Below are positions 1 through 12,123 of a DNA stretch of 64,000 nt, piece by piece (position 1 is the stretch's first letter; each line of letters opens with the position of its first letter). The notes beneath the pieces were generated by a model. The model was not told the origin of the DNA. It searched no databases and saw only the letters and a list, made by a program, of their open reading frames with translations. Position numbers and translations under genes: made by a program. The stretch is from Octopus sinensis (taxonomy: Eukaryota). The stretch covers positions 12,524,001-12,588,000 of the forward strand of contig NC_043023.1 in assembly GCF_006345805.1 (NCBI RefSeq). Reading direction: 5' to 3'.

Positions 1-396
1 CAGCCTCACCTGGACCCCGTGCCGGTGACACGTAAAAGCACCATCCATTCGTGGCCATTTTCCAGCTCTGTGTGGCCCCCGTGTCGGTGGCACGTAAAAG
101 CACCACCCGTTCGTGTCCGTTGCCAGCCTCGCCTGGACCCCGTGCAGCTGACACGTAAAAGCACCATCCGTTCGTGGCCGTTTGCCAGCTCTGTCTGGCA
201 CCTGTGTGGGTGGCGCGTAAAAAGCACCCACTACACTCACGGAGTGGTTGGTGTTAGGAAGGGCATCCAGCCGTAGGAACACTGCCAGATCTGACTGGGC
301 TTGATGAAGCCTTCCAGCTTCACACACCCCAGTTGAACCGTCCAACCCATGCTAGCATTGAAAACGGACGCTAAATAATGATGATGATGATGATGA
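1..396 (+). mobile_element. RTE-clade LINE 3' fragment (3'UTR with ~55-bp tandem repeats, (GAT)n tail)
   Basis: Matches the reverse complement of the 3'UTR of the RT-encoding element at 44731-47370 (GGCGTTAGGAAGGGCATCCAGC...CCAACCCATGCTAGCAT) and ends in (GAT)n. Confidence 0.85.
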
Positions 397-598
397 ATCT
401 TCCTAATTTTCGGCAGATTTAAGAATTATCTTTTAAATCTGTAGGTCAAAAGGTAAAAATCCCAGCACTTCTCTATTTCCTTTCGTAATTGTGCATTATG
501 TTGGGAGCGGGGCCATCTTTTCCCTCCCCGTTGTCATTGGAAGAATTAATCAACCTTCGAATATCGAACACACGACACTACATTCCATCCACTGATGG

Positions 599-651
599 TT
601 CTCTCAAAGTAGCAACTTAATTATACATGAGAGAAAATAGATCACTGTGAT
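599..651 (+). pseudogene. Relic zinc-finger fragment (FSQSSNLIIH...TCACTGTGAT), cut by an antisense RTE tail
   Basis: TTCTCTCAAAGTAGCAACTTAATTATACAT translates as FSQSSNLIIH, followed by a degenerate linker and CACTGTGAT; paralogues near 18785, 28335, 36235. Confidence 0.55.
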
Positions 652-865
652 CATCATCATCATCATCGTTTAACGTCCGATTTCCATTGTAGCATGGGTT
701 GCACGATTTGATTGAGAACTGGCGAACCAAGAGGCAGCACCAGGCTCCAATCTGATCTGGCAGAGTTTCTACAGCTGGATGCCCTTCCTAACACCAACCA
801 GCTGCAGAAACTCTACCAGATCAGATTGGAGCCTGGTGCTGCCATCTGGTTCGCCAGCTGTTCTC
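652..865 (-). mobile_element. Antisense RTE 3' tail with fold-back inversion
   Basis: (CAT)n plus reverse complement of the RTE 3' end; 719-780 is inverted at 800-857; paralogues about 18836-19050, 28386-28600, 36286-36500. Confidence 0.75.
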
Positions 866-877
866 TGGGAATAATGG

Positions 878-1737
878 GGATCTTTTCGGTTTGAACGGCA
901 GGTTTTTAAATTTCTAGGTAACTAAAAAAATTTTAAACTTCATATACAGATAGAATGTATTTATAAAGCATCTTTTTCTTTGGCTTTATTGAGAAAATTC
1001 TGTAGTTTGTAACATCTTTTTTGTTTTTTTCTGCACTTTCAACCAATCAATGATGTCTATTGAGGTAAAAAAAAACATTATGTGCCTTATGAATATGTCC
1101 CTCGTTTAAGAAACAGATTGGGTTTATTTACATTTTAGAAGAAAAAAAGATACCCTTCCCCCACCTCTAACCTTAACACATATTGAAATGCAATAGATCG
1201 ATCCTAGGGTCATAATTATGGGTGATAATTTCATATGACACCGCTACAAAAAACTGCCGGTCAAAGTAAATAATAAGGTGATGCTTCGATATATATGTAC
1301 ACACGTGACTTTGTTTACATTTGGGAAGATAACAGAAAGCCTTTTCTCCCCACTCCTAACCCTAACACGGGGACATTCTTTTTAAAAACTGCCGTTCAAA
1401 CCGAAAAGATCCCAAATATCTTACAAACTATAGAATTTTCTCAATAAAGCCAAGAGAAACAGATGTTTTATAAACACATTCTACCAGTATACGAAGTTTA
1501 AAAGTGTTTAGTTACTCTCTTTTTTACTCTTTTACTTGTTTCAGTCATTTGACTGCGGCCATGCTGGAGCACCTCCTTTAATCGAGCAAATCGACCCCGG
1601 GACTTATTCGTTGTAAGCCCAGTACTTATTCTATCGGTCTCTTTTTGCCGAACCGCTAAGTGACGGGGACATAAACACACCAGCATCGGTTGTCAAGCAA
1701 TGCTAGGGGGACAAACACAGACACACAAACACATACG

Positions 1738-1781
<44 letters not shown>

Positions 1782-1880
1782 TACGACGGGCTTCTTTCAG
1801 TTTCCGTCTACCAAATCCACTCACAAGGCTTTGGTCGTGGAAATTATTTTAAAAAACTGCCGGTCAAACCGAAAAGATCC
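878..1880. mobile_element. GGATC-family MITE with duplicated right terminus
   Basis: TIR GGATCTTTTCGGTTTGAACGGCAG at 878; complement CTGCCG(T/G)TCAAACCGAAAAGATCC ending at 1411 and 1880; paralogues 19063-19741, 28612-29314, 36512-37224. Confidence 0.8.
1515..1836 (-). mobile_element. 5'-truncated tRNA-derived SINE with (TA)n core, nested in a MITE
   Basis: Same body as the full SINE at 16623-17062; absent at the equivalent site (GTTAC/GTGGAAATT) in other units. Confidence 0.8.
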
Positions 1881-2292
1881 CCAAAAGGTATCCAAGCATT
1901 GTTCTTTAGATGAGAGAGAAGTGTGAAGGAAGGACAATGATTGGACAGGAGAGAAAATGACGTCAGAAACGGATGGGAAGTGCAACGGCCTGACGTCACA
2001 TCAGGAAGATATAAGTCAAAGATGCCTTCTTTCCTTCGGTGTCTGCGACGGGGTCCAGTTCGTGCGCTGGAAACGGTCGTAGATTAGAATATGTGAGTGT
2101 ATATATTCTATATTACCTTGAAGGTAAAATCGTTGACAGAATGGGACAAAGAAGACACAGGAACGAAACGAACCAGTCATAGATAATTGAAGAACTATAA
2201 TCATATAAAGGGATATAACTTTCCTTAATTAATTAATTAAGGTGCTTAATTAACGATCACTGACTCGTTGTTTGTATTTGAATACGGTAAGT
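1881..2292 (+). promoter_or_regulatory. Putative ZNF promoter and non-coding exon 1 (unit 1)
   Basis: ATTGG 1940, TGACGTCA 1958-1965 and 1991-1998, GGAAGT 1976, candidate donors GTGAGT 2093 and ACG|GTAAGT 2287; conserved in 7 units. Confidence 0.7.
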
Positions 2293-2346
2293 TGACAAAG
2301 ATTTATTTTAAGGCTGTAATGATGATGATAATACCAATAATGATAA

Positions 2347-2558
2347 GGTACTACTAGCGAATAGTGGTCCCGGTGTGAGCACTCGCGTATCCGCGCTTGC
2401 TAGTCGTAAGTAGTCGATCCTACAATTTTAAAAACTTTTTAAATACATTATTTTTGTAAACAAACTAAGGTTAGAGTTAAAGAGTCGTTGTAGGGTCGAG
2501 TACATACGACTAGCTTGCGCGAGTGCGCGCACCGGGACCACTGTTCGCTAGTAGTACC
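2347..2558. mobile_element. GGTAC-family MITE A (intron 1)
   Basis: TIR GGTACTACTAGCGAA.AGTGGTCCCGGTG / CACCGGGACCACTGTTCGCTAGTAGTACC; at the same position in all promoter-bearing units. Confidence 0.8.
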
Positions 2559-2735
2559 GCACACCTCTCCAAGATAATAACGCTTACTTGTGAGAAAAAG
2601 TTAGGAAATGGGAAATATATCCAGAATACATAAAGTATGGAGAAAATTAGAAAGATTAATCTATTTTTTAAATATTTTATACTAAAAAATAAAATACGGA
2701 GAACGGGCACTCGCGAATATAAACAAACATATAAG

Positions 2736-3148
2736 GGTACTATTTAAGAAGAGAGGTCCCGGTGGGCGCGCTAGCTAGTCGTGACTAGTCGATCTTTATT
2801 TTGCGTTTTTGTTTTATTTATTTTCTTTAAAAAAATGAGCGTAACTTCGGTATAGGTACCGGAAGTACCAGATACATTTGAAGAAAGTCTTTTTTTTTTA
2901 TATATGGGGGGTTATGGTTAAGGGTTGTGTTAGGGGAGGGAGAAAAGAGTTTATGTTATCTTCAGAAATGTAAACAAAGCCACTCACGGGACTTATACCG
3001 AAGGATCGCTAAAAAATTATTTACTTTGTGTAAAAAAATTATTTATTTTGTGTTTTATTTACTTTGCTAGGCAGTCGTTGTAGGATCGACTAGTCACGAC
3101 TAACTAGGGCGTGTGCGCGCACAGGGACCACTCTTTTTAAATAGTACC
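2736..3148. mobile_element. GGTAC-family MITE B (intron 1)
   Basis: TIR GGTACTATTTAAGAAGAG.GGTCCC / GGGACCACTCTTTTTAAATAGTACC; internally deleted in unit 2. Confidence 0.8.
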
Positions 3149-3625
3149 GGAGAAAATTTGAACGATTAATCTATTTTTTAAACTATTTTATACTAAAAAA
3201 TAAAATACGCAGAACGGGCACTCGCGAATATAAACAAACATGTATGTACGTATACGTATGTATTTATGCATATATATGTATTATTATGTATACATATATG
3301 TGTGTGTGTAAGGGTGAAAGAAATTGAATATTAATTAATAACATCAATTTCGTATGGATTTTGGCGTTTGGTTCAGCAAATTATGTTTTTGATATACTCT
3401 ACCGATGATTCGAAAATGATTTGTAAGTAAAATTACACAATCTATTAACGATGAAACAATTGTATAGAGTTAATCCATTTTTTCGTTATTTTTCATTTGT
3501 CCTGCCCCCTTACATTCTTGGCGTGTTGAATTAATGCTTGAGAACAATTCTTTAGTGGTGGATTCCCTTTGTGGATTTATTTCTAACGTTAGAGTGACCA
3601 CATGGGGTCGTTATCTTATTGCTTG

Positions 3626-3684
<59 letters not shown>

Positions 3685-3944
3685 ATACAAATATATTTGT
3701 AGTGAATCTTGCACGCATGAAGTAGATTGGATCCACCATAGCCAAAATTTTAATTAACCCTTCACCAAATTTTTCCCACGGCAGAACAATAGAGAAATCT
3801 CTATACAGAATGTTGTAAAAGTTTCAATGCCTCAATGGATTCTGACCCCTGCAAACATAGACATTAAATGGATGACAGTGTTGATGTTGTAAGATTTGCA
3901 ATGTTGAATTACTATGTTGTTTAATGATTCTCTTTATCTCACTG

Positions 3945-3964
3945 CTTCTTTTTTTCTATTTCAG
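3945..3964 (+). other. Putative splice acceptor of the ZNF-coding exon (unit 1)
   Basis: Polypyrimidine tract CTTCTTTTTTTCTATTTCAG| conserved upstream of each ZNF copy. Confidence 0.65.
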
Positions 3965-4403
3965 AATATCATACCATGTTGATTTAAAAGAAATTTCTTC
4001 ATTCAGATGTGTGTCTGATATTTTGATTGACTTTCATCAATTAAAGGAAGACCATATATTCATAAGACACATTCATCAAAACATCAGCTTCTTTATATAA
4101 ATAAAATCTTCGCCGAACGATGGGGAAATATTTCTACTGGATGATGGAATATTTCTACTGGATGATGAGCAACATTTTTTTTGCCATCTGGAATGTAGAG
4201 ATGATGATGAACCTACAGGTTAAGTTTGAGTAACTTTACGAAAGAGTTAACCAATTTATATCTTCTGGTTTAGATATTAAGCAAGATCACCAATGAAAGT
4301 AACATAACATTTAATTATTCTCTGATGCATTTGAACACAAACATTCATAGAAATGAAACAGTTACTATCATTGTGATATGTATAACGAAATTATTCTCTC
4401 ATA

Positions 4404-5880
<1,477 letters not shown>

Positions 5881-5987
5881 TAACATCGTGATATTTGTGG
5901 TGAGTCCTTCACTCAAAAATGCCACTTAAGTACACATCTAAGTATTCATACACAGGTGTAATCGTATCAATATCAAAATTTTTTACA

Positions 5988-6479
5988 ACCCGGCAGGACA
6001 AGTGAGACCACAGCCCATGGCCTCTACCTGGGATGTAGCCAGTCCACTTATGCATACCTTTCCTTCTTGGGACACAAAACTCTACTTGTGAAGACTTGTT
6101 GAGGCAAGTGAGAATCAGAATCAAAATCGAAATCAAACAACATCAATGGAAATTGCAGCTGTGATACCAGTGCTGGTGGCATGTAAACCGCACCATCCGA
6201 TCGTGGTCGTTGCCAGTCCTGCCTGGCCCCTGTGCCGGTGGCACGTAAAAAGCACCGTCCGACCGTAGCTGTTTGCCAGCCCCGTCTGGCACCTGTGTCC
6301 GGTGGCACGTAAAAAGCACCCACTACACTCACGGAGTGGCTGGCGTTAGGAAGGGCATCCAGCCGTAGAAACATTGCCAGATCAGACTGGGCCAGGTGCA
6401 GCCTTCTGGCTTCCCAGACCCCAGTTGAACCGTCCAACCCATGCTAGCATGGAAAGCGGACACTAAATGATGATGATGA
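5988..6479 (+). mobile_element. Truncated RTE LINE 3' end forming the ZNF 3'UTR
   Basis: Starts ACCCGGCAGGACAAGTGA (TRQDK*, the RTE ORF end), has the ~55-bp repeats and (GAT)n; same insertion after copies 1-7. Confidence 0.85.
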
Positions 6480-6749
6480 CAAGAATTATGAATATTTTAT
6501 CTGCTAAAAGACAGGGTTCATTCTTCTTCAAGCTTGACATTATCAACTTCAGTTTCTTTGATGTCAACATGAAATTCATGAATCACAACTTCAATATCAT
6601 TTATATATCTAAATATATCAACACAGAGATGACTTTGGTTTCTGAAGAGGATAGTGCTGGATTGTTGAGGAATTTGTTATGAGAGAATAAAGGAATGGGA
6701 ATAAGGAATAAAAGTTTTGAGTGACATTGATTTTGTCTTTGTTGTGTTT

Positions 6750-6920
6750 TCATCATCATCTTCCTTCTCCTTTTTCTTCTTCTTCTTCTTCTTTTTCTTC
6801 TTCTTCAGTGTCCATTTTCTTTGCATGCTTGGGTGGGAAAGTGTGACCTGAGCTGGCAAGCCAGAGTGCTGCTCCAGGTTCCACTCAGATTTTGCTTGCT
6901 TTCTTAGGCTGTATCCCCTT
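6750..6920 (-). repeat. (CTT)n microsatellite plus old antisense LINE-tail fragment
   Basis: CAT/CTT runs followed by diverged similarity to the RTE 3' end; expanded at 49650-50290 and present at 57705-57900. Confidence 0.55.
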
Positions 6921-7146
6921 AAGACGTCCATTGAGGTGAAAAACATTCTGTGCATAATGAATATGTCCCTCGTTTAAGAAACAGATTGGGTTTATTTACA
7001 TTTGTGGAGAAATAAAGATAGCCTTCCCCACACCCCTAAACCTAAAACAGATTTAGATGCAATAGATCGATACTAGGGTCATAATTATGGGTGACAATTT
7101 CATATGAGACTGCAAGAAAAAACTGCCGTTCAAACAGGAAAGATCC
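6920..7146. mobile_element. Partial GGATC-family MITE
   Basis: Internal sequence shared with 1050-1260; ends AACTGCCGTTCAAACAGGAAAGATCC. Confidence 0.7.
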
Positions 7147-7440
7147 GAATGTGTGAGTACACTTTATTGAAAGAATCTTGTAAAAATTTGAAAACCCTTG
7201 AAACTGAAGTTCTTGACAGAAAGGGACAGAGGAAACTGCAACGAATCCCACCAGTCAGTAGAGCCACCTATTGGAGAACTGAAGGAAGACTATCATGTAA
7301 AGGGAAATAACTTCTACTACACTTCAACCACGGTCCAAGTAGATTCTTAATTAAGGAGCTTAATTACTGCTTCACTGACTCGCTTATTTGTGAATACGGT
7401 AAGTTGATAAAGAATTCCTTTAAGGCTGTAAAGGTGATAC
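7147..7440 (+). other. Diverged paralogue of the ZNF non-coding exon 1, promoter missing
   Basis: Colinear with 2085-2320 (GAAT.TGTGAGT...TTGACAGAA.GGGACA...TAAAGGGA.ATAACTT...TTAATTAAGG.GCTTAATTA...GAATACG|GTAAGT); also at about 50700-51000 and 58130-58420. Confidence 0.6.
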
Positions 7441-7819
7441 TACTACTACTACTAATAATAATAATAATGTGAATAAATAGGTTTATGTGAACTTCTCTCG
7501 ATGTTAGAGTAATTATTTTTCGAAGCGGGAACCTGACAACAATTAAGAAAATATAATTTGCTCGTCTTAATTAATAACTTCCAAACTGAAATGTTGATCT
7601 GTTGTTTATGAAAACCTATGATTGACTGTTCCATGTGATATAAGGTAAATTGACATCTAAAGTGAGTGTAATGTGGCATAATTAATTAGTAAAATGAGGG
7701 GAAACCGATTGAAGAATACCACATTAATTAACGTTGCCCTGTTGCTTAAGAGGCACTAATTAATTGGTGAGTTGATAATGACTTACTTTAAGGTTATATT
7801 AATAATAGTAACGATGATG

Positions 7820-8160
7820 ATGGTTTCAAATTTTGGCTAAGGCCAGCAATTTTTATCATGTGAGCCGGAAGTTGAATACATAGAACCCAGTATTTCCTGA
7901 AAGGGTTGAAAGGCAAAGTCGACCTCGGCAGTATTTGAAGTCAGGAGTTTCTGCCGAGGACGGCTTCGATGTTCATTCGTTTCGGTGTCGATGAATAACG
8001 ATAATAATAATAATAAAATGTTTTCTACACTAGGCAGAAGGGCCGAATTCTTGTGGGGAGCAGACAGTGGATTACTGGTACTTAATCCGTCAACGCTGAA
8101 AGGATTAAAGGCAAAGTCGACCTCCATGGAATTCCTGCTTCGAGAGCAAAGTAGACAGGG
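7820..8160 (-). mobile_element. Two degenerate SINE fragments (Meta-domain-like)
   Basis: GAAAGGCAAAGTCGACCTCGGC...ATTTGAA is the reverse complement of a B-box plus GCCTTTCA.CCTTTC motif; second copy at about 8020-8130. Confidence 0.5.
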
Positions 8161-8323
8161 ATTTTCACTGTTGTTCGTCCGCAAAAATGGAACGTCTGTT
8201 TAGTCGAGAGAGGCGTCTTGGAGAATTAAATGGTCGATGGTAGCCCCCCTCACACTGTGTAGCAAAATAAGCTATAGACCGACACGCTCTTGTTCCTGAT
8301 TATTTTAATGTATAGCTCAAAAA

Positions 8324-8954
8324 GGATCTTTTCCTTTTGATGGCCAGTTTTCAACACAATTTCTAGTTAACTAAACACTTTTAAACTTCATATACTGGTA
8401 GAATGTGTTAAAATAAAACATTTTCTTCTCTTGGCTTTCTTGCGAAAATTGTAATTTGTAAGTTTAACGTAGTTTAATTTTTCGAATTTTAACCAATGAA
8501 TCACCTCTATCTAGCTAAAATCATTTGCTGCGTCTAAAACTGAGACAACATCCTATAGAATTATTTTTTTGTTAATTGTTTAAATTATTTTCCATTGCTT
8601 TCGTTTTAGCCTTTCGTTTTTTTTTTTTTATAATTGTTATCCTTAAATTAATTTAACAATTAAGAAAAAAAAACCGAAAGGCTAAAATTTAGGGTGAGGG
8701 TTAGGGTTAAGGTTAGTGACAGGATGTTGACTCAGTTTTAGACGCAGCAAATGACTTCAGCTAAATAGAGGGCATAGGATTGGTTAAAATTCGAAAAATT
8801 AAACTACGTTAAACTTACAAATTACAATTTTCTCAAGAAAGCCAAGAGAAAAAAAATGTTTTATTTTGACACATTCTACCAGTTATACGAAGTTTAAAAG
8901 TGTTTAGTTAACTAGAAATTGTGTTGAAAACTGCAGTTCAAAAGGAAAAGATCC
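8324..8954. mobile_element. Foldback MITE (GGATC subfamily) with 8-bp TSD
   Basis: Long (~230 bp) inverted arms; flanks CTCAAAAA / CTCAACAA (left flank CTCAACAA in the paralogue 59311-59920). Confidence 0.85.
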
Positions 8955-9080
8955 CTCAACAAAGCTATTGACGAACGAAATATTGTGAAGCATTTTGTCT
9001 GGCGTGCTAGTGACCCTGCTAGTAAATAATGGGATTATGTGAACCCTTCAATGTTAAAGTAATCATATAGAAGTGAAAAC

Positions 9081-12000
9081 GTATCTTTTGGGTTTCAACG
9101 GCAGTTTTTTCTAGTGGTGCCATATGAAATTGTCACCCATAATTACGACCCTGGTATCAATCTATTGCATTTCAATCTGTTTTAGGGTTAGGGTTAGGGT
9201 TGGGGGGAAGGGTATATTTTTTTCTTCACGAATATAATTAAACCCAATCTGTTTCTTAAACGCACAGAATGTTTTTTACCTCATTAGACGTCAGTGAATG
9301 GTTGAAATTGTAGAAAAAAACAACAAATATCTTACAAAGTATAGAAGTTTCTCAATAAAGCCAAGAGAAAAAGATGTTTTATAAACACTTTCACCAGTAT
9401 ACGAAGTTTAAAAGTGTTTAGTTACGTGGGAATTATTTTTAAAATTTGCCATTCACACCGAGAAGATACTTTTTTTCTTCAGAAATGTAAATAAACACAA
9501 TCTGTTTCTTAAACGAGGGACATATTCATACGAGACAGAATGTTATTTACCTCAATAGACGTCATTGATTGGTTGAAATTGCAGAAATTGAAGAAAAAAC
9601 AACAACAAATATCTTACAAGCCGTTGAATTTTCTCGATAAAGCCAAGAGAAAAAGATGTTTTATAAACACATTCTACCAGTATACGAAGTTTGGTTAATA
9701 TAGGGCGTAACAAATATCAGAAAATCAAAAAAAAAATGTGTGTAATAGGTGTAAAACAACTTCCTATGAACGAATATGAAAAAGAAAATTCGCGTACGCG
9801 AAAGGGGGGTGGGGGAGAGGCCTCGGAAAATTCACATCGGGAAGTTCCGAAAGCGTCTGAGGAGCTGACCCGGGCACCAAAACAAAAAAAAAATAGTGTA
9901 ATATGTGTAAAAGAACTTGCTCTAAACGAATATGACAAAAAAAATGCGCTCTCGCGAAAGAGGGGTGGGGGAGAGGCCTCGGAATATTTATATCGGGAAT
10001 TTCCGAAAGCGTCTGAACCGGGCACAAAAACAAAAACAGCGTAATAGGTGTAAAACAACTTGCTCTAAACGACTATCATGAAAAAAATGCGCGCTCGCGA
10101 AAGGGGGTTGGGGGAGAGGCTTCGGAAATTTCACATCTTCAGTCCACGGCCTTTAAACTAAGAAAAAATAGTGTAATTGGTGTAAAACTACTTGTTCTAA
10201 ACGAGTATCAAGAACACACACTCACACATGAATCATAAACTCCGTATTTCGCAAAAAAAAATAAATAAAGAGAAGAAATTCTGGAAAAAGTGAAGAAATG
10301 TTGGATCTCCGCCATGTGAATCAAAATACGTGTCAGAAACATCTTGAAATACTACAGAAATTATGTTACGAAAATGATAATGTATACATACCTCTTTGAG
10401 TGGTCCATCGATAATGATGATAAAGAAATGAGTTGGATTTGAACTCAGAATATTGACTAACACAACTACATACTACAAGACTCAAAATATTCAGCCAAGT
10501 CACCACCCTTTAACTAGCAATAATAATAACATCAATAACATAACAGCCAAAAGATTTATTTGTTCTGAAAATAACAATCATAGTAAATAAATATGTTCTT
10601 TAATATTCACATTCATGTGCACAGTTAAACACACTTACATACAAACAGTCACGCATGCATAATACAGAACGGAACACATAAATGAAGGATGCATTACTTA
10701 GTATATATTACATCTAGAGAATTTTGATTAATAAGTCAAATATGCAAATTATAAAGATAATTAATTGCTTTACTAAACAGTGTTGTAAAGGTGAAAGAAT
10801 AAATTTGGGAAAAAAATACACGCCAAAACTAATTAATAAAGGATAATTAGGGAAGGATTGACACAAAATAATAATTTTTTCTGTCTCTTTTTTTCTGATA
10901 AATGCATCTTAATAAGTGAAAAGAATTGCATATATCTGAACTATTTCAAAGAAAAGCATAAATTTAATGTTTAAAATAGCTTTAACCAAGGAATGAGATC
11001 CAACATTTCTTCACTTTTTCCAGAATTTCTTCTCTTTATTTTTTTTTTTTGCGAAATACGGAGTTTATGATTCAAGTGTGAGTGTGTGTTCTTGATACTC
11101 GTTTAGAACAAGTAGTTTTACACCAATTACACTACTTTTTCTTAGTTTAAAGGCCGTGGACTGAAGATGTGAAATTTCCGAAGCCTCTCCCCCACCCCCC
11201 TTTCGCGAGCGCGCATTTTTTTCATGATAGTCGTTTAGAGCAAGTTGTTTTACACCTATTACGCTGTTTTTGTTTTTGTTTTTGTGCCCGGTTCAGACGC
11301 TTTCGGAAATTCCCGATATAAATATTCCGAGGCCTCTCACCCACCCCTCTTTCGCGAGAGCGCATTTTTTTTGTCATATTCGTTTAGAGCAAGTTGTTTT
11401 ACACATATTACACTATTTTTTTTTTGTTTTGGTGCCCGGGTCAGCTCCTCAGACGCTTTCGGAACTTCCCGATGTGAATTTCCCGAGGCCTCTCCCCCAC
11501 CCCCTTTCGCGTGCGCGAATTTTTTTTTTCATATTCGTTCATAGGAAGTTGTTTTACACCTATTACACACATTTTTTTTTGATTTTCTGATATTTGTTAC
11601 GCCCTATATTAACCCGAAGTTTAAAAGTGTTTAGTTACGTGGAAATTATTTTTTAAAACTGCCGTTCAAACCGAGAAGAACCCAAATATCTTACAAACGA
11701 TAGAATTTTCTCAATAAAGCCAGGAGAAAAAGATGTTTTCTAAACACATTCTACCAGTATACGAAGTTTAAAAGTGTTTAGTTACGTGGAAATTATTTTA
11801 AAAAACTGCCGGTCAAACCGAAAAGATCCCAAATATCTAACAAACCATAGAATTTTCTCAATAAAGCCAAGAGAAACAGATGTTTTATAAACACATTCTA
11901 CCAGTATACGAAGTTTAAAAGTGTTTAGTTACGTGGAAATTATTTTAAAAAACTGCCGGTCAAACCGAAAAGATCCCAAATATCTAACAAACCATAGAAT

Positions 12001-12123
12001 TTTCTCAATAAAGCCAAGAGAAACAAATGTTTTATAAACACATTCTACCAGTATACGAAGTTTAAAAGTGTTTAGTTACGTGGAAATTATTTAAAAAAAC
12101 TGCCGGTCAAACCGAAAAGATCC
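9081..12123. mobile_element. Composite GGATC-family MITE with a nested foldback element and a tandem 147-bp terminus array
   Basis: Left TIR at 9081; right-TIR copies at 11659, 11806, 11953, 12100. Confidence 0.75.
9693..11614. mobile_element. Non-autonomous foldback DNA transposon, ~620-bp TIRs, 8-bp TSD CGAAGTTT
   Basis: GGTTAATATAGGGCGTAAC.../...GTTACGCCCTATATTAACC; TSD 9685-9692 and 11615-11622; empty site at about 60650. Confidence 0.92.

Noticed and set aside
2016-2204. 62-aa minus-strand ORF repeated in five units
   Set aside because: Antisense to the promoter/exon 1; conservation is explained by recent duplication; no recognisable domain
9691-11590. ORFs of 89-117 aa in the foldback arms as a transposase
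   Set aside because: They are translations of TIR subrepeats with no DDE motif
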